Source: Nymphaea colorata
Taxonomy: Eukaryota
Assembly (NCBI RefSeq): GCF_008831285.2
Contig: NC_045138.2
Coordinates: forward strand, 41,106,001 to 41,170,000
Length of the DNA stretch: 64,000 nucleotides
Direction of reading: 5' to 3'
Each line of letters opens with the position of its first letter. Within the stretch, counting starts at the first letter, position 1. The position numbers and the translations under genes were made by a program. Positions 57,987 through 64,000 of the stretch are shown in pieces. The notes beneath the pieces were generated by a model that was not told the origin of the DNA, searched no databases, and saw only the letters and a program-made list of their open reading frames with translations.

Positions 57987-60458
57987 TGAGAGCCTCAATG
58001 GGTAGATACTTCACTTGGACAAATTTTAACAAAACTTCATCTTACATTTGGCTCACTGGCAACTCTGATTACGTGTTTGAGAGCCTCAGATTTCGAAGTA
58101 CAAAATCGAGGATTTGACAAAGTATGGATCTCAAATCATATTTTGAAAAGTCTGACAAACTGAGATTGAAGAATTTCAAACTTGGATTGACAAAAGATCT
58201 GATTTAAGAGACTCAAAATCAGAGAATCTCAAACAAGAGATCGGAGATGATAGTGAAACTGAAACGGCCTTTAAAAATAAATTCTTACTTGAATGGTAGT
58301 AGTATATATAATATATAAAGAAGAATTTGGGGTCCCATATCAAGACTATCCCCAGAATTCGGATTTCTTTGAGACTGGACCCACACGGGTGTGGCCAGAG
58401 TCCAAACGCGCTTTAAGTTCTGGAAGGTAAGGGGAACTTGGTTGCCCTACTCATTATTGAGTCAAATTCGCTTTTCTTTTTTCTTTTTTTTTAAATAACT
58501 GTTCAAGTTTTAAAACGAAGAACTTGCAATTCAAATTCATAATCCACAACCACACCATTAATGTCGTTTATATATTGATATTCAATGTTAAAAAAAAATG
58601 TATTTAAATTGGGTAAGAAGGAAAAAATTTGTGAATTAACATTAGATGACTGATTTTTTTTTTTTCTCTCATTTTTGCCTCAATAGTCTATGTGCAGTAA
58701 ATGAAAGGTTTAGATTGTTTCTAATGAACTAGCACTTAAGGATCTGCCACTTATCTGTGAATAGGTGTAAATAGAGGTTAAACTATTGTCACAAATACCG
58801 TGATCAGGAAAATCTTTGGAAATTTTTTAAATCTTGGGAAAATCTAAATAATTTTTAAAAAATAAAAAAAATCATAAAAAACGTTTAACGTATTAAGATT
58901 ATTACAATCTTGGGAAAAATCATGATAAGATATCGATGTTTTCATTTTTGGCAAGATTCTCAAAATCTCGCTTTTTTTTTCGTTTTATGTAATTTTCTCG
59001 TAGATGTCACTAGATCTTCAAGATTCTCGTGATATCTACGACACTGCGAGTGTGTGTCCAACATTAGATGTTAAACCCATCCATAGAAATGAATCTAGCA
59101 CTTACGGGTCTGGAACTTATCAGTGGGTAGGTGACAAACATTAGATGTCAAACCCATCGATGATAACCTAGGCCTTTGATTTTTTGCATATTGATGGTTG
59201 ACAGAAAAAGTAGAAAAGATTGTGAATCTATACTAGATCATTAAAATGCTTTATATCTTCTTTTTCATCATTTATTTTCTCCTAACTGTCCATTGAAGTA
59301 AATCAAAAGCTTAAATTATTCATGATAGGTTTAACACCTAAGAGTCTGATACTTAACTATGTCTCTGTATATGTCATTTGATCTTTTAAGTGCAGATGAA
59401 TGAAGATAAGCAGTTACTCATCAAAGTGCTTGACGATCTGGGAAGCACATGACAAAGGGTATTCTTCTGCTATGAACTAAAGTTTAGAAGAACTAAGTTT
59501 TTTCTACATTGCAGAAGAACTGGAGTTTGGCCAAAGATAGCGTAGGTATACAAGCTTCTGACTCTGTTTTTGTTCCTGCACAGGTTCAGTTTTTTAATGA
59601 AATTTGGATGAATATAGGAAGAAGAAACTACCAAATAGACCTAAGGTTGAGAAGCAACTGGTTGACTTGGGTGCTCAATCATTAGAGTCTAAATTGCATA
59701 TTATTTTCTGTTAGCTGCACAGATTTGAAAAGAGGGTTAGTTGTTCATTTGAAAATATTCCAACCACTCATCAATTTTTATATCCATTTTTTTCATTAAT
59801 TTGTTTTGTCATCAATTCCCTGAAAAAAATAAATATTGAAATCAAAAGATCGGTAGGTGCTTCCCAAGAACTTTACTTTACATACGTGTAAAGTAGCTAA
59901 TTCTCATATACGAGATAAATAAATAAATAAATCACTTTGAGCAATTTTTCACCTTAGTGTCGCCAAAATCTTGAGAAAACTGTTTCCCTTTCTTTACTGA
60001 ATCCACAAGAATGTGAAATCTTGAGACCTCAAACCATGTAGATGTACAATCTCTATATGCTGCTTTTGTATATGAACTCAGAATATTTTTTCGTTGGACA
60101 AAAGAATATGAGAAATTTTATGCCTTTTTCGATCGGCTGTAAACTGCCCATCACTTATTTAGACAGAACCACATCATCGTGGCAAACCACTTGTGTGTGT
60201 CAATGATTCTTTCCGAGTTTTATATGACAGGAGGAATTTCATCATCAAGATGCTTCTGACAACAACTTCCAAATTTAGGCATTCACTTGTTATCAAAAAA
60301 GTTACATCTCCAAAATTGAGCACAACAAAATTTGAATGAATGGATTTACAGGGGTGTTACCTCTCTACTACAAGCAAGAAAAGAAAAAAAATCATGTATT
60401 AACAGTGACAAACATCGTCTTTCTTGGTGATGGCCTTGCCAAGAGTTCCATATACATC

Positions 60459-61535
60459 TCAGGGCAAAGTCAACCCACCAAATCTGAGCCTTCTGCTTCC
60501 TGAAGAAAAGATGTCAGAGATAACTTTTCTCTTGTTTGGACTCAATTGTTGCTGTTGATGACAATACTGCTGTACTTGTGGTTGCAGTTGCGGCTGCTGT
60601 TGTTGTGTTTGTGATTGTGGCATCTGTTGTAGGTGTTCCTGAGGTTCTGGGGATTGTTCTGGCGACCTCTCCTTCTCTTTGATTTTCCCTTTCAGTAGAT
60701 GGGGTTTAAGCCTATTAACATCTGATAATTGCACGGGTTTGACAAAAAATTCCTCTGCCCCTCCTTCCAAACACCTGTTTTCATTCAGTATTTTAGCCAA
60801 CCCAGGATATAATCTATTCATTTATCATAGTTGCAAGAAGGAAAAACAAAGGAACCAACTTTGCCCATGTAAGGAAGCATGAAATCCAAGGACCATTTCC
60901 TCTCACCTGTTAATCCTTGAGGGCAGATTCTCAGAAGACATAACCACCACTGGTATATCCCTTAGAGAAGAAGACCCCTGAGATAAATGGAAAAACTAAT
61001 GAGACCAGGGGATTCAGAAAAGCAAACGAAGAAGACACTAAAATAAAAGGGCAACACAGGCCTACCTTGATCTGTTTCAACAGATCGTATCCAGTCATCC
61101 CAGGCATGCAGTAATCGGTTATAATCAAGTTGACCTCCATTTCCTGTAAAAATTGAAAAGGGGGAAAGGAGGAAGAACGACCCGTTAGAAATCAATTGGG
61201 GAAAAACATCCAACTTAAACCAAAACAAAAAAAACTCCCAAGACCAAATCCTTACATGGTTCAATCCCAAATATTCCAAAGCTTTGGACCCAGAATCGAA
61301 ACTTGTAACTGCAGCAAAGAACAGCGGTGTGTCAGAGATAGAAGAGAGAAGTTGCAGAAAAAGAAGAAAAACAGACTGAGGCGACCGAAGAAACAGATCA
61401 TGCTTTCAATCGAGACATACCATGATAAGAAGATATCTTGAGGAGTTTCTCAATGAGTTTTCTGTCTATGAGGCTGTCATCGACTGCAAGGACGTGAAAG
61501 GGAGGAGCATCGGATGCTGCGCTCATGGTTTCCAT
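60459..61535 (-). CDS. ARR: type-A two-component response regulator (cytokinin signalling; ARR8/9-like), 5 exons, ~210 aa
   Basis: Exons 61535-61421, 61308-61256, 61143-61066, 60977-60907 and 60774-60459 (GT-AG, 633 nt). Receiver domain [65 protein letters not shown], with the D-D-K triad intact. A short Gln-rich C-tail contains NKRK; there is no Myb/GARP domain. Confidence 0.96.
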
Positions 61536-61679
61536 TGGGCACAAGATCGCCAAGGCTATGCAGGGAGACTCAGGATGAAGAGAAATTTAAGGGTGGCGAC
61601 GAGAGGAGGCAAGGGGATGCTGATGGCTCTCAAGGGCCGATTGGAAGAAAGCCCATCACATTCTGGGCTGAAATAGACG

Positions 61680-62170
61680 CGCCCAAGATCTTAGAATGCA
61701 AAGATCCGACCAGATTTTCACCGAATCTTACAAATTCCATTAGACCCAAATGGGAAACGTGAGATTGCTCAGAGATCTCCTTATTCTTTTTTCCCCTCTG
61801 CCTTCTTTCTTACACAAGTAGTGAGAAAGAAAGCAGAAACTGCAAGAGGGGTAGATGGATTCTTTGATTTGGACACATATGGCGTTCTCGTTCTCTCAAA
61901 TGCTCTGTTGCAGTTCATTACCCACACCTTTTGCTTGATTTCCAGCCTACCCATTGTTTTAAACAGCCAATATGGTGAAAGAAACTCGGATATTTCTGTC
62001 ATTTTCATAAGATCAAAGCTTCCTGACACAAGGGTTGAGAATATCTTTGACCAAATCTTGTGATACCCTTTTGGTAATTCCTCCTGCGGGCGTCCCTTTC
62101 AAAATCTGGTCTTTGGTAGTGCAGCAATGGCCCACATGATCCGCTGTGTAGATTTGGTGATCTCATATTT
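61680..62170 (-). promoter_or_regulatory. cluster of type-B ARR binding motifs (AGAT[C/T]) upstream of the type-A ARR
   Basis: About 11 AGATY sites on both strands in ~500 bp, including the extended AAGATCTT at 61685-61692. Confidence 0.6.
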
Positions 62171-64000
62171 GTTCGTTTTAAATTCAGTGTTTTTTAATGA
62201 GAGAGAGACAAGGATCACCTGTTGCAGAAAAGGATTATCGAAGCTTGAGTATCAATTACTACCGAAATGAGGCCATTATAAAATCCTGAACTTCAGCCGT
62301 CGCAGTTCCGTTGGTAGACATGGCCTTCCATGGGAAGCCCAGGAATGCCACCGCTTATGGGCAGCAAGAAAACCAAGTTGCGAGAATGTTGATAAACATT
62401 TCTAACTGTTCTTCTCTTCTTGACGGCAGATCTTCCGCATTTGAATCGGGCCAATTTAGAAACATATATCGGATAATTCATAGCCTGGATATTTGTTTCC
62501 AATTGTCGATTTGGCCAATCTCAGCAACGTTGATCAGACAGATTGTTCCAATCTTCTTTTCTAGACGTTAATCCGTGCCAATTCAGCAATGCAAATCGTG
62601 GAGGTATTTTAGTTTGATATCTTTCTTTCTCCGGCGCTTGATATCAGATTGAACGGCATACAGTTTCTTATTATACAGGTTGCATTTGAATATCAATGCA
62701 GATTAGAGCAGTTAGGATATAGTTTGACACTTTGGTCTTTTCGTCTGTTGCAAAATCATCTGATTTTTTCATGTATTTAGGTCATCTGAAATCCGAACTA
62801 CCTCCTAAGTATCAAACACCGAATCTGACAAACAGGATTTTTGATTCGGTTCCCATTTCCATCCAAGATTTGCGCTCTGGCTTTTGGAGCTGAGCTAGAA
62901 ATCCTTTATCTGTTGTTTGCTTCAAAGTTTAAACATCATCGCTATTGTAAGATCCAAGGCGACATCAAAGCGTGATACTCTGCAGTCCTCCTGCTGCCAA
63001 TGATGTTTGTTTCTGTGGCTTCTTTCTCGTGGTCTAAAGTCTTCATTACCGAGTCGACGAAGGACCATGAGACAAATTTAACATCAAGAGGGTTGGAAGA
63101 AATTATCATCGACTCTCGGTCCCCTGTTTGAAAAGCTGGGACAGGAACAAATGCCATTAATGATTAATGACAGAGATAAAACTTAATTAAGGGGATGGCT
63201 GTACCTCCTTTGGACTTAGTCCAGAGCATTCATGTCTTTATTTTAAGACCAACCCCTGGTTTCCTTGTCCCTGTCAACCTTTTGGTGTGTCAAGTCATGT
63301 GCTCTACCCCATGTTGACCAAGTGGGTGGAAGCAAAATTATTTGATTTCCTGAAGATCTGCTGGCCATGGGCCTTGCTTCCCCATTTAGCAGATGTGCTC
63401 TCTCTGCCATATGGACCACCCCTGTTCTTGGACACAAGGCAATTTTAAAATACAGATGTGCTGAGAGAAATAAAAGAAAAGCGTCTTTTTCTCTTCTTTT
63501 CACTCTCGTGGGTATGCCAACTTTTAGTTGAAACTCATCTTTTCTGCTCCCATATCACACAAGTCATGCACTAATTTTGCAGGTGCAGTCTCCAAGTCTG
63601 AAGACCTAAAAGCCTATACTAAGAGATTATGTGCAGATCAGCTTTTAGAAGCTCATAGGGACCTCAGGTTGTCGGTTCGGTTTCCGTGGGTGCCGACCTC
63701 GTGGAGGCAAGGGAAAACAAGCAACTTTTTGATCTAAGAAGACATGGAATTCTTGAAGAACTTTCAGACTGTTGAACAATAAAACCACTTCTGTGGGATT
63801 AGTTTTCTGCAGAAAAGATTAAGATTCAGGGAACACAAATTTTCTTCTTATTGTACATGAAGATATGCTTGGATCGATTCAAACCAGAGAATAAAGTCCA
63901 AGATTTTTAACCTAACATATCTTCACAAGTTGGGGACTGTTTGGATTCATTAGTTGTAACCAATCTTGAGAAGCACTGCACTATGGCTAGGGACCATCAC

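Overview
This is flowering-plant nuclear DNA: AT-rich, with spliceosomal GT-AG introns and many MITEs. It holds four protein-coding genes, all on the minus strand, whose exons I reconstructed by hand. (1) The 5' part of a HAD-superfamily hydrolase (HDHD3-like), running off the left edge. (2) A complete 17-exon, ~1118-aa glycoside hydrolase family 2 (LacZ-type) beta-galactosidase, 10028-29309. (3) A 3-exon, ~385-aa strictosidine synthase-like protein, 32653-38144. (4) A 5-exon, ~210-aa type-A cytokinin response regulator, 60459-61535. Between and inside them lie a decayed 5.4-kb L1-type LINE inserted, with a ~20-bp target-site duplication, into a 63-bp minisatellite, and a Copia LTR/PBS/gag remnant. 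There are also many hAT- and Tourist-type MITEs, a (TA)n-embedded TIR element, a local diverged duplication at 48.6-52.3 kb, and microsatellites. I found no convincing new multi-gene system. The best leads are the tail-less LINE in a minisatellite, an overlapping uORF that could switch isoforms of the HAD gene, the duplicated exon-like module at 48.6-52.3 kb, and a nested palindrome in a beta-galactosidase intron.
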